A stretch of DNA of 64,000 nt from an uncultured Pseudomonadota bacterium. GTDB lineage: Bacteria > Myxococcota_A > Polyangia > Fen-1088. The stretch is from NCBI GenBank assembly GCA_963847705.1, contig CAWKBC010000044.1:1-64000 (forward strand). Direction: 5' to 3'. Below are positions 29,530-39,451 of the stretch, one piece after another (within the stretch, counting starts at the first letter, position 1; each line of letters opens with the position of its first letter). The position numbers and the translations under genes were made by a program. The notes below the pieces were generated by a model, which was not told the origin of the DNA, did no database searches, and worked only from the letters and a program-made list of their open reading frames with translations.

Positions 29530-31020
29530 ATGCGCAGATCGCGGTCCGCGGCGCTGTCGGCCCGGTTGGCCCTGGCGTCGGTGGGCACCGCGCTGGCGGT
29601 CGGTGTCGTCTGCGCGGTCGGCCTTTTTTCTCTGGGGAACTCCTCGGCGGTCGCGCGGGTGGCGGTCACCCGCCAGCTCGCGCTCATCGACGACGCCGCC
29701 GCGATGAGCGCGTTCCTGTATCAGAAGGGGTTCGTCGCCGAGTACCTGCTGACCGGGAATCGCACCTGGCTCAAGGAGCTGGACGACAGCCGGCCCGCGT
29801 TCGAGTCCTGGCTGGCGCGCATGCATGGCACCGTCGGCGGCGCCAGCTCCGAGCGGTTGCTCTTTCAGATTCAGGCCGAGTACGCTGCCTACGATCGGGC
29901 ACGTCGCGAAGCGGTGTCTCTCTTCGACGCCGGCCATCCCGCTGAAGCAAAAGCCACGCTCTTGCAAACGCACGCGGAGGCCCAGCATCTGCGCGATCTG
30001 TTCGCCGAGTTCGGGCGGGTGGCGCGCGCCGACGCAGAGAGAACGCTGACCGCCGCCGAGCGGTCGGTGCGCCGACTGGCGGGGATCCTGGTGGGAACCA
30101 GCATCGCCGGGGCCGTCGCCAGCCTGCTGGTGGGGTTTCTGTGGGCCCGGCGGATCACGAAGCCGATGTACGAGCTCGAGGTTCAAGTCGAATCGGCCGC
30201 CGAGCGAACGCGCATTCATTTGGCACCCGGACGCGCCGGCCTGGAGACGCTGGGCGATCAGGTGAGCGCGATCGTCGAAAAACTGGAGCAGACGGACGCG
30301 GCGCTGTTCGAGCATCGCCGGCGCCTCGTCCAGAGCGAGAAGCTGTCGGCCATCGGCGAGCTGGCGGCGAAGCTCGCACACGAGATCCTGAATCCGCTGG
30401 CCGGGATGAAGGCAGCCGTTCAGCTGCTCGAACGGCAAGGTGCAGCGGCCCCCGGTGGAGAGCCGGTGGTCGACACCGCTCGGGCCCTCGATCACGAGAT
30501 CACCCGCGTCGAGGGGCTGGTGCGGCGGCTCATGAACTATGCCCGCCCCCTCGCCCCGCGGGTGGAGATCGCCCGGGTCGGAACCTTGGTTGATGCGGCG
30601 GTGGATGCCGCGGCCCCTGCCCTCTCGCGCCGCGGTGTGCGCGTCGAGCGGCGGGAGGGCTCCGATCTGCCGCCCCTGGAGGTCGATCCCCAGCTCATCA
30701 CGCAGGCGCTGGTGAACCTGATCGTCAACGCCGTGGAGGCGAGCGCGCCTGGCGGTTCCATCGAGGTGGAGGCCGCGCGCGCCCCCAGCAACGGTCGAGA
30801 CGAGATCGCCATTCGGGTCTCCGACCGAGGAGGCGGGTTCACGCCGGTCCAGGAGCGCCAGCTGTTCAAGCCATTTTTCACGACGAAGCCCGAAGGACAC
30901 GGCCTCGGTCTCGCCGTCAGCCAGAACATTCTCCTCGAGCACGGCGGGCGAATCGTCGCCGCGAACCGCGTCGACCCCTGTGGCGCCATCTTCGAGATGC
31001 AGATCCCGGTGGTGCGTTGA
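29530..31020 (+). CDS. NtrB-type sensor histidine kinase with a four-helix periplasmic domain
   Basis: QSEKLSAIGELAAKLAHEILNPL, NLIVNA, PFFTTK, GHGLGL. Confidence 0.92.
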   Translation: MRRSRSAALSARLALASVGTALAVGVVCAVGLFSLGNSSAVARVAVTRQLALIDDAAAMSAFLYQKGFVAEYLLTGNRTWLKELDDSRPAFESWLARMHGTVGGASSERLLFQIQAEYAAYDRARREAVSLFDAGHPAEAKATLLQTHAEAQHLRDLFAEFGRVARADAERTLTAAERSVRRLAGILVGTSIAGAVASLLVGFLWARRITKPMYELEVQVESAAERTRIHLAPGRAGLETLGDQVSAIVEKLEQTDAALFEHRRRLVQSEKLSAIGELAAKLAHEILNPLAGMKAAVQLLERQGAAAPGGEPVVDTARALDHEITRVEGLVRRLMNYARPLAPRVEIARVGTLVDAAVDAAAPALSRRGVRVERREGSDLPPLEVDPQLITQALVNLIVNAVEASAPGGSIEVEAARAPSNGRDEIAIRVSDRGGGFTPVQERQLFKPFFTTKPEGHGLGLAVSQNILLEHGGRIVAANRVDPCGAIFEMQIPVVR

Positions 31021-32375
31021 GCGCGGCCGTCCTGGTGGTGGATGACGAGGCTCTGATCCGCCAATCGGTTCAGACGCTGCTCTCCGGCGAGGGATTCGAC
31101 GTCGCTTCCGCTGGTTCGGGCGCCGAGGCATTGGCACGCTTTCAGGAGGCCCGTCCCGACGTGGTGCTGCTCGATCTGGTCCTGGGAGACGCCGACGGTC
31201 TCGACATCTTGCGGCGGATCAAACAGGAGGCACCCGACACCAAGGTCATTCTGATCTCTGCGCATGGCTCGATCGAGAGCGCGGTCACCGCCATGAAGCT
31301 GGGCGGCTACGACTTCATCAAGAAGCCGTTCGAGCTGGAAGAGATCGTGGCCGCGGTCCACAACGCCGTCCGTACCAGCCGGCTGGAACACCGGGTCGCC
31401 TATCTGTCGGCGCAAGAACGGCGCAAGAGCGGCGGCACCTTCGTCCATGCGGCCCCTCGGATGAACAGCCTGCTCGCAGAGGTGGAGATGATCGCCAAGA
31501 GCCCCGTGGCTCTGGTCCTGGTGACCGGTGAGAGCGGCACCGGAAAGCAGGCCATCGCGCGGATGCTCCACGAGGGCTCGCCGCGTTCGGGCGGTCCGTT
31601 CGTGGAGCTGAACTGCTCCGCGATTCCCGAGAACCTGGTGGAGAGCGAGCTCTTCGGCCACGAGCGGGGCGCCTTCTCCGATGCGCGCGAGCGCAAGCTC
31701 GGGCTGGTCGAGATCGCCGACGGCGGGACGCTCTTCCTCGACGAGATCGGAGATCTCTCCAGCGGAGCTCAGGCGAAGCTCCTCACCTTCCTCGAGCAGC
31801 GCACCTTTCGGCGCGTGGGCGCCACGGCCGTGCGGCGCGTCGACGCCCGGGTCGTCGCCGCCACCAATCGAGATCTGCCTGCCGCCGTCGCAGCCCGCAC
31901 CTTCCGCGAGGACCTCTATTACCGGATCAACGCGATCACCGTGCACCTGCCGCCGCTTCGGGATAGACCGCCCGACGTGGCGGCGCTCGCCGAGCACTTC
32001 TTGGCCGAAGCGGCTCGGGAGTTCGGTCGCCGGTTTCAAGGAATCGCCCCCGAAACGATCGGGCTGCTCGAGCGTTACCGGTGGCCAGGAAACGTCCGCG
32101 AGCTACGCGCCGTCATTTCTCGCGCCGCGCTCCTGCACGACGATGATCGGCTGCGTCCGGCTCACCTGCCCTCCGAGCTGGTGGTGGCGGCGCTGGCGGC
32201 GCCGGCCACCTCAGCCCCCGCAAGGGATGGGGCTCCGGCCATCCCGACGCTCGAGGAGGTCGAGCTCAGCCACATCCGACGCGTGCTGGACATTTGTGCC
32301 GGCAATCGCACGCTCGCCGCTCAACATCTCGGCATCACCCGGCAGACGTTGTCCAAGAGAGTCGGCGGCGATTGA
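31017..32375 (+). CDS. Sigma54-dependent (NtrC-family) response regulator
   Basis: REC domain, GESGTGK, ESELFGHERGAFSDA, LFLDEIG, WPGNVREL, Fis-type HTH. Confidence 0.95.
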   Translation: MSAAVLVVDDEALIRQSVQTLLSGEGFDVASAGSGAEALARFQEARPDVVLLDLVLGDADGLDILRRIKQEAPDTKVILISAHGSIESAVTAMKLGGYDFIKKPFELEEIVAAVHNAVRTSRLEHRVAYLSAQERRKSGGTFVHAAPRMNSLLAEVEMIAKSPVALVLVTGESGTGKQAIARMLHEGSPRSGGPFVELNCSAIPENLVESELFGHERGAFSDARERKLGLVEIADGGTLFLDEIGDLSSGAQAKLLTFLEQRTFRRVGATAVRRVDARVVAATNRDLPAAVAARTFREDLYYRINAITVHLPPLRDRPPDVAALAEHFLAEAAREFGRRFQGIAPETIGLLERYRWPGNVRELRAVISRAALLHDDDRLRPAHLPSELVVAALAAPATSAPARDGAPAIPTLEEVELSHIRRVLDICAGNRTLAAQHLGITRQTLSKRVGGD

Positions 32376-32470
32376 TCGCTGGCCCGGGCATGGGGAGACT
32401 CGGGTTCAGAGGATCGACGGCCGAGCGTGGTCGACAGGAAACGGTAGAAGCAGCATCCGCTTCCCTCGCC

Positions 32471-33292
32471 TCAGTTCGACCGGCGCTTTGTGCGTCGTTG
32501 AGATGACGGAGGCTCGATCTCGACGGTCGCCCAAGCAGGAGCATGATCGCTGGCGCCCGGCAGTCCCCGCACCCAGGCATCAACCCCGGTTTCGACCAGG
32601 GTCGCGGCGAGAGAAGCGCTCAGCAGGATGTGATCGAGGCGCATGCCCGCGTTCCTTTCCCACGCCTCCCGCAGGTAGTCCCAGAAGGTGTAGACCGGCT
32701 CGTGGGGGTGGGTCGCCTTGATCGCATCCAACCAACCCTGCCCAAGCAACTGCTGGTAGAGAACGCGCGGCTCAGGCTGCAGCAGCGCGTTCTTCAGCCA
32801 GGACCGCGTGTTGTAGATGTCGAAGTCGGTGGGCACCACGTTGTAATCGCCGACGAGCGCGACGGGATGGCCAGTCTCAAAGAGCGCCTGGGCGTGGGCC
32901 AGGAGGCGGTGCATCCAGGCGAGCTTGTAAGCGAACTTCGGGCCGGGCTGCGGATTCCCGTTTGGGGCGTACAGGCAGCCGACGAGCACGCCATGCGCGG
33001 CGGCCTCCAGGTACCGGCTTTGTGTGTCGTGTGGATCCCCGGGCAGCTGGCGACGCGTCTCCACCGGCGTCATCCCCTTGGCCAGGATCGCGACCCCGTT
33101 CCACGAAGGCTGACCGACCCATCGAGCGCCGTACCCGGCGGCTTCGATCTGGCGGAGCGGAAACCGCGCATCGAGCACCTTGATCTCCTGGAGGCAGACG
33201 ATGTCGGGAGACGCTCTGGTCAGCCACTCCAGCAGGACCGCCAGGCGCTTGGCGATGTTGTTGATGTTGAAGGTCGCGAGCTTGAGAGGCAT
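32471..33292 (-). CDS. xth: Exodeoxyribonuclease III
   Basis: ATFNIN, CLQEIK, NGVAIL, YAPNGNP, GDYN, RLDHILL, SDHAP. Confidence 0.93.
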   Translation of the reverse strand: MPLKLATFNINNIAKRLAVLLEWLTRASPDIVCLQEIKVLDARFPLRQIEAAGYGARWVGQPSWNGVAILAKGMTPVETRRQLPGDPHDTQSRYLEAAAHGVLVGCLYAPNGNPQPGPKFAYKLAWMHRLLAHAQALFETGHPVALVGDYNVVPTDFDIYNTRSWLKNALLQPEPRVLYQQLLGQGWLDAIKATHPHEPVYTFWDYLREAWERNAGMRLDHILLSASLAATLVETGVDAWVRGLPGASDHAPAWATVEIEPPSSQRRTKRRSN

Positions 33293-33399
33293 CAGGATCC
33301 GGCGAACGCGCGACGGGCGGAGCACGGAAGGTGTCGCGCGCGCGGTCGCGTCGGTCCGGAGCGTAGCGAGAATTGGGCCCGTCCGGAACCTGAGAAACG

Positions 33400-34317
33400 C
33401 TAGCCAGACGCGGCAAGCTGGATGACGATCTTGCCGGGCTCGTGGGGTGCGCCCGCGAGCATGGCGTGCGCCTGGCGCACCTCCGAAAGCGGCAGTCGTG
33501 AGCCCACACGCGCGGTGATTCGGCCCGCGTCGAACAATGGCGTGAGCGTCTGCAGGCGCGCGGTGGTGACCTCGGCGTAGAAGAAGATGGCCCCGGCCGG
33601 ACGCGGTGGCGTGGAGACCGAGGTCACCAGCTTGCCTCCGGGTTTCAACGCGCCGATGCAGCGCTGCAAGGTCCTGCCCCCGACCGTGTCGAGGATGACA
33701 TCCACCTGCGGGAGGTCCTGCTCGAATGCGGGCTTGCTGGAGTCGATGATGGCTTTCACGCCCAGGGAACGGAGCAGGTCTTCGTCGTCGAGGCGGGCGA
33801 CGGCCACCACGTGCATCCCGGCGTCCACGGCCAGCTGTACGGCGTAGGCGCCGACGTTCCCGGCAGCTCCGACGACCATCACCGTTTGTCCGCGCGCCGC
33901 CTGCGCATACTGGAAGAGCATCTGCCAGGCGGTCACGGCGATCACAGGCGCCGACGCGGCCTCGACGTGACTGAGCGAACGCGGCTTGGGCGCGATCGTC
34001 CCCCCCGCGGCGAGCGCGAGCTCTGCCTGGGCGCCACAGAACTGCGGGTTGGTGACGCCGTAGACTTCGTCGCCGGCCGCGAAGTCCGTCACGCCCCGGC
34101 CGACCTTCTCGACGACACCGGAGAGATCCGAACCGAGGGTGAGCGGAGGTTGCGGGCTGACCTTGCTCTGCCCCTCACGGATGATCGCGTCCCAGGGGGC
34201 GACGCCAGCGGCCATCACGCGCACCAGAACTTCGCCCGGGCCCGGCGACGGTACCGGCACATCTTCAACCACCACGACCTCGGGCGGCCCGAAGCCATGA
34301 ATCCTGGCTGCTTTCAC
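33400..34317 (-). CDS. NADP-dependent MDR/quinone-oxidoreductase-like protein
   Basis: MKAARIHGFGPP, GSDLSGVV, GAAGNVGAYAVQLA, GKIVI. Confidence 0.9.
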   Translation of the reverse strand: MKAARIHGFGPPEVVVVEDVPVPSPGPGEVLVRVMAAGVAPWDAIIREGQSKVSPQPPLTLGSDLSGVVEKVGRGVTDFAAGDEVYGVTNPQFCGAQAELALAAGGTIAPKPRSLSHVEAASAPVIAVTAWQMLFQYAQAARGQTVMVVGAAGNVGAYAVQLAVDAGMHVVAVARLDDEDLLRSLGVKAIIDSSKPAFEQDLPQVDVILDTVGGRTLQRCIGALKPGGKLVTSVSTPPRPAGAIFFYAEVTTARLQTLTPLFDAGRITARVGSRLPLSEVRQAHAMLAGAPHEPGKIVIQLAASG

Positions 34318-34439
34318 GGCTCACCCCTTCTCACGTGAAGATAACAAGCGGCCCGCCGAGGCAAGGCCTCCAAGGACGCCAAGCGCTGCTCGCTTCCCGA
34401 GCGCGATCGGAGGGCTCCTCCTCCTCGAACCCCTCGGAG

Positions 34440-36086
34440 CTAGAGCTCCTGCAACGCGCGGTGAATCAACTGGACGCAGATCGAGCCCTCGCCGACCGCC
34501 GAGGCCACGCGCTTGACGCTGCCTGAGCGGGCATCTCCCACGCAGAACACGCCCGGGATGCTGGTTTCCATGAGATAGGGCCGGCGTGGCAATGGCCACT
34601 TCGCGACCAGCAGCTCCTCGGCCGTCAGGTCGGCCCCCGTCTTCACGAACTGCTTATCGTCCTGCAGCAAGCAGCCCGCGAGCCATCCGGTGTTCGGATC
34701 TGCGCCGGTCATCAGGAAAAGGCTCCCCACCGGCCGGGTGGTCATGTTCCCGGTGTCGAGGTTCTTCCAGGTCAGCTGCTCCAGCCGGTCCTTTCCCTCC
34801 AGCTCGGTGACCTCGCAGCGGGTGCCGAGGTCGATGTTCGAGCCGTTCTCGATGCGCTGGATCAGGTAGCGCGACATGCTCTCCGCGAGCCCCGGCCCGC
34901 GGACGAGGACCTGCACATGCTTCGCGATCTGGGAGAGGTAGACGGCGGCTTGGCCGGCGGAGTTGCCTCCGCCCACGATGGCGATGTCCTGTCCGGCCGA
35001 GAGCTGTCCTTCGAGCCGCGTCGCGCTGTAGTAGACGCCCACGCCTTCGAATCGATGCAGCGAGGGAAGATCGAGCTTCCTGTACTTCACGCCGCTGGCG
35101 ATCACGACGGACCGCGCCCGCACCTCTTGCCCGTCAGAGAGATGGATCCGGTAAGGCCGGCTGTCGCAATCCAGACGGACCGCCGTGCGGCCGACGGCAA
35201 CCTCCGCGCCGAACTTCTCGGCCTGGGTGAGCGCCCGCCCGGACAACGCCTGTCCCGAGATTCCGGTGGGGAAGCCGAGGTAGTTCTCGATGCGTGAGCT
35301 CGTCCCGGCCTGACCGCCCGGCGCGGTCCCCTCCAGGACCAGGACGTCCAGGCCTTCCGAGGCCCCATACACCGCGGCGGCGAGGCCGGCCGGCCCCGCA
35401 CCCACGACGACGACGTCCCGTACGACCGCCGAGTCCAACTTGGGATCGAGACCGGTCATCTGGGCGAGCACGTCGATCGTGGGGTTGCGGAGAATGTGTC
35501 CGCCCTGGGAGATGACGATCGGGATCTCGTTGATGCCGACCTGGAACCGCTCGAGCAGCGCTTCGACGCCGGGGTCGGTCTCCACGTCCTGATAGCGAAA
35601 CGGCTGAGCGTTGCGGGTCAGAAATTCCTTGATGCGGATCGTGTCCGCCGAGTTGCGTGAACCGACGAGAACCAGATCCCCGGCGCCCACGTCGAGCAGC
35701 TGGATGCGCCTGAGGATGAAGGCGCGCATGAAGATCTCGCTGAGCTCCGCGTCCCGCTGCACGAGCGTGCGCAGGGCATCGTTGTCGACGACGAGGAGCT
35801 CGCTCGGCCCGGTGGTTCGCCCCCGCACGATGCTTCGTCGCGCCGAGAGCATGCCGATGTCGCCCGTGAACTGGCCAGGGCCGTGAACGACGATGGGGGT
35901 CTCGACGCCGCCGACCGGCTGCACCACCTCGATCCCGCCGGAGAGCACCACGTAGAAGCGGCTGTTCTGATCGCCGGGGCTGAACAAGACCTCTCCGGCC
36001 GGCGTGGAGCAACGGCGTCCGACGGCCGCGATGCGCTCGATCTGAGCGGGCGTCAGCACGGGGAAGGTCTGGGCAGCGCGTTCCAT
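34440..36086 (-). CDS. cNMP-binding-domain thioredoxin-reductase-like flavoprotein
   Basis: N-terminal cNMP-like domain, VGAGPAGL, SSRIENYLGFPTGISG, GGGNSAGQ, KRVASAVGEG. Confidence 0.92.
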   Translation of the reverse strand: MERAAQTFPVLTPAQIERIAAVGRRCSTPAGEVLFSPGDQNSRFYVVLSGGIEVVQPVGGVETPIVVHGPGQFTGDIGMLSARRSIVRGRTTGPSELLVVDNDALRTLVQRDAELSEIFMRAFILRRIQLLDVGAGDLVLVGSRNSADTIRIKEFLTRNAQPFRYQDVETDPGVEALLERFQVGINEIPIVISQGGHILRNPTIDVLAQMTGLDPKLDSAVVRDVVVVGAGPAGLAAAVYGASEGLDVLVLEGTAPGGQAGTSSRIENYLGFPTGISGQALSGRALTQAEKFGAEVAVGRTAVRLDCDSRPYRIHLSDGQEVRARSVVIASGVKYRKLDLPSLHRFEGVGVYYSATRLEGQLSAGQDIAIVGGGNSAGQAAVYLSQIAKHVQVLVRGPGLAESMSRYLIQRIENGSNIDLGTRCEVTELEGKDRLEQLTWKNLDTGNMTTRPVGSLFLMTGADPNTGWLAGCLLQDDKQFVKTGADLTAEELLVAKWPLPRRPYLMETSIPGVFCVGDARSGSVKRVASAVGEGSICVQLIHRALQEL

Positions 36087-36152
36087 GGCTCAGTGGACCC
36101 ACACCTCGCCCATCGCCGGGCCTTCCTCGATCATGGCAGGAGCCCGCCGCCC

Positions 36153-36401
36153 TCAGAACTGCTCTGCCTCGTGAGCATGGCCGATCGCTTTTCTGAGCTT
36201 CGGCTCGAGCTTCTTGCAGTCGAACGTCACCTTCTCTGACTGCACAGAAACCACTGCGTCCGCCGGAACAACAAAGTCCCCGGTGTTCTCGACGTAGACG
36301 GTGAGGCGACGCCCGTCGGGCGAGATCTCACGGACTGCCCCGAACTCCTCCTGACCGTCGGAAACGAACGTCTGGAAACCGACCTGGATCTTCTCGTGCA
36401 T
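36153..36401 (-). CDS. Conserved-looking hypothetical small beta-barrel protein
   Basis: GAGGAG RBS; MHEKIQVGFQTFVSDGQEEFGAVRE...YVENTGDF. Confidence 0.7.
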   Translation of the reverse strand: MHEKIQVGFQTFVSDGQEEFGAVREISPDGRRLTVYVENTGDFVVPADAVVSVQSEKVTFDCKKLEPKLRKAIGHAHEAEQF

Positions 36402-36603
36402 GACACCGCTCCTCTCTCCGGTACCCATAGCACGACCGCCGGCTCCACTTCGTGGCCGTCGCGCCGGCGCGCATCGGCGGTGGCACCAGCCCCGCCATTC
36501 CGATTGGTCCCCACTTTATGATCATCTGGCTTTCGACAAGTACGCACGGCCCTGAACGCCTGATCCGCCAAGTCCCCTCTCGGACCGGCTCGAGGTGTTC
36601 GAG

Positions 36604-38980
36604 CTAACCGCGGCGCCGACGACCGGCCAGCAGGAGCCCGAAGAGACCAACCACCAGCACGCCGGGGCCCGGCATCGCTCCGTCGTCGAGGGCGCAGGTG
36701 CATCCAGCGCTGCTCGACGCGGTCACCGGCCCTTGGTCGAGATCGGTGCCGAGGAACGGGGCGGGTTGACCGCCGTCTATCTCGGGTGGGTGCCCACCGC
36801 GGCCCGACCCACCATCGCCCGCCCCGCCGGCGGCGGCGGCCCCCGAGGCGCCACCTTGGCCAGATGTCCCGGCGCCGGTGGTCAATCCCGTACCCGCGCC
36901 CCCCGTCGAATCCTCCCCCGGCAGCTGCACCCGCGGCGCCGCCGCTCATCGAGCCGGCGCCGCCCATCGTCGCTCCCGAACCGCCGGTGCCACCAGCTCC
37001 GGCGCCCGAGCCGCCGGACCCGGTCGCAGCTCCTGATCCCACGAATCCTGGATTGCAACCCGCGAGGGAGAGGGTCACCGACTGCCCGGCGGCGAGCGAG
37101 AGGTAGGAGATGGTCTGTCCGCCGTAGCTCTCGGCGCCGGGCGTACAAAGACCCGTGACCGGGACCGTCGCGGCGTTGGCGACCGAGACGGTCAGGGAGC
37201 TTCCCGGTTGCACCGTGGCGGCGACGCCCGACGCCTCGAACGTCATCCGGCTTTCCACACGTGCAGCCAGCTCGTCCATCGTGAAGCTGACGACCGGAAA
37301 CGTGGCGGCCGCCTCGTACTTGGCGAAGGCGGCGTCGAGCAGATCCGAGAAGAGGCTGTGCCCGGCACCGTCATAGTTGCGGGTGTTGGCCTGATGAAAC
37401 ATCCAGGGATCGTTGTTTCCCTCCAGCAGGTAGCGGAGGAGCCCGTCGCTCACATTGTCGATCACGGTCGGGTAATCGACCGCGGCGCCCTGAGTCTTGG
37501 TCGCCTGGTACTCGGCGATGTACTCGGACGGCTGCGAGACGTCGTAGTCGACGCCGCTCGGGATGCGCGGAATCTCGAGCACGGTCGGTTGGAGAGCGTT
37601 CCACAGACCGAGGTTGGGCGACGGGTTGTCCTCTCCGGCCGCCGAGGTGTCGCTCACGATCTGCCGGATGCCGGCGTCGTGGATGGCCCGCATGGCGTCC
37701 GCGCTGCTGAGCCCCGAGATGCTCGGCGTCACCGCGTTCGCCGTCGCGTAGGGCATGAGGCCAAGGCCGCGGATGAAGGCGTCGTTCTGGGTGAACTCGT
37801 TGAGCGCGTCGGCATAGCTGAGCCCATCCAGGATGGGGTGGTCCCAGCTGTGGCTGATCCAGGAGAACGTCGGCCCGAGCGCGAGCGCCTTGGCGGTGAG
37901 CGGATCACCCGGCTTCGACTGCGACCCCTGCCCGTTCACCGCCCAGGCCAGGCGAAACTCCGCGGTCAGCGGCAGCGCGCGGGTCCGGGTCTGCCAGTCG
38001 GCCAGCGCCTGAAGATCGACGTCCGTGATCCGGTAGGTGCCGCCGGTGTAGATGTCGCTCGCCAGGAAGAAGTCGTCGATCTGGGGGTCGGCGTAGACGT
38101 GCCGTTCGCCGACGAACAGGCCCCGGGTCGCCCAGTTGACCAGACCGTAGGCGAGCTCGAGATAGGGCGCCAGGGTCGGGCTCTGCGCGAAGGTGAGCGC
38201 CAGAGCCTGTCGACCGTCCGGATAGCTGCGCGTCGCGGCGAAGACGTTGCCGCTCGCGTCGGAGAGAAGCGGGACCGTGGCCCCGTCGGTCGCCGCCGCG
38301 GGATAGGCATAGCCCTCGGTCATGACGATCGCGTTGGCGCAGTTCGCGCCCACGAAGATCGTCGCGCCCGCCGAGGTACAGGTCATCGTGATTGGTGTCT
38401 TGGTGGGGTCGATGTCGCCCTTGCCGACGAGGCCGTACGCAGTGCTGGGCGACGTGTAGAGCGACACGCGCCGCACATTGAACTCGGCCTCGTAGGTCGC
38501 GAGCGTGAGCCACTCATCGTCCGTGAAGGCGCTCCCTCCGCTGATCTCGAGTCCCCCGAGGTCCAAGAAGATGGCGTCGTACTTCCCGTGGGTGCCGTCG
38601 GCCAGTGCACTTGCCGTGAGAGCGGGGCCGGTGGTGGCGTTGAGAACATCGAACGGTGAGCCCAGGTACTGCAGGGTGCTCTCGATCGCCTGGAACGCGG
38701 CGTCCGTCCCGTCGGCGGTGATGATGAGCGCGCGCGCGTCGACGGCTGCACCCGCGATCGGCGCCGCGCCGGTGTCGGGCGCGCTGTTGACCGCCGAGGC
38801 GATCTGGAGCGGTTTCGCGAAGAGCTGAGGCTGTGGGACCGGGGAAGGCGTGTGGTGCTCGTGGGCAATCAGCGGCCCATCGTTGGAAGTGGCGTTGGAA
38901 GTGGCGTTGCAACCGAGCCCCCCCCACACGATTCCGCCTGTCGCGACAACCATCACCCATCGACCGAAACGATCCGCCAC
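36604..38980 (-). CDS. Agd3-like (CE18-type) polysaccharide deacetylase with lipobox and MYXO-CTERM-like tail; frameshift near 36900
   Basis: GTG 38980 after GGAGG; lipobox LGC. Motifs QIDDFFL, ISHSWDH, WMFHQAN. Gly-rich linker. The shifted frame ends SSSAGCTCA...VLVVGLFGLLLAGRRRRG. C6 run at 36899-36904. Confidence 0.75.
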
Positions 38981-39036
38981 GCTCGCCTCCCCTGACAAAC
39001 TCGCCCAACCAATGCGCCCGCGAGTCACAAGTGACA

Positions 39037-39050
39037 GCAGATCTCGTGCC
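39037..39050 (-). promoter_or_regulatory. Putative sigma54 promoter for the deacetylase gene
   Basis: Minus strand GG-CACGAGATCT-GC, 57 nt upstream of the GTG start. Confidence 0.55.
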
Positions 39051-39062
39051 GCGCGAGCTCCC

Positions 39063-39120
39063 GGCCAGCCTTGTGGCCAATCTTCGGGCAGCCTTGGGCC
39101 AGTCCCGGGCCAGTCTTGGG
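39063..39120 (+). repeat. Five imperfect 10-12 bp tandem repeats (GGCCAGYCTT-like)
   Basis: ggccagccttgt ggccaatcttcg ggcagccttg ggccagtcccg ggccagtcttg. Confidence 0.6.
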
Positions 39121-39230
39121 CGGAGGCGCTACCGTTTGGTGCCGCGCTCGTCCCGCAACCACCCTCCACGACCGCGCGCCGCCTGGCCGCTCCTCAGAAT
39201 TCTACGTAGAAGTCTGCTCCACCTCGGCCT

Positions 39231-39400
39231 GATGGTCGACTGCAGCTCCCGACCGCGAACCGAGAGCTTGACGGGCGAGCAGCGCAATCCGTCCTCGCGG
39301 TAGATCACCGAAGGGCTCGACTCCGGGGTGAGCGCCGCCAGCGCGCCCAGTGGAATCTGGCTTTCCGTTCGGCGAGGCGACGGTGATCTGACGAATCGCG
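39231..39400 (-). pseudogene. Internal fragment of a CusA/CzcA heavy-metal RND pump
   Basis: Manual translation with one frameshift: IRQITVASPNG/QIPLGALAALTPESSPSVIYREDGLRCSPVKLSVRGRELQSTI. Confidence 0.65.
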
Positions 39401-39451
39401 CGGCGATCTGGTCCGCCGGGTCGATCTCGGCGGTCTCGATCTGGGGCGGAT

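Noticed and set aside
38881-38909. CGTTGGAAGTGG tandem repeat
   Set aside because: A coding duplication (NATS-NATS) after the lipobox; not CRISPR-like.
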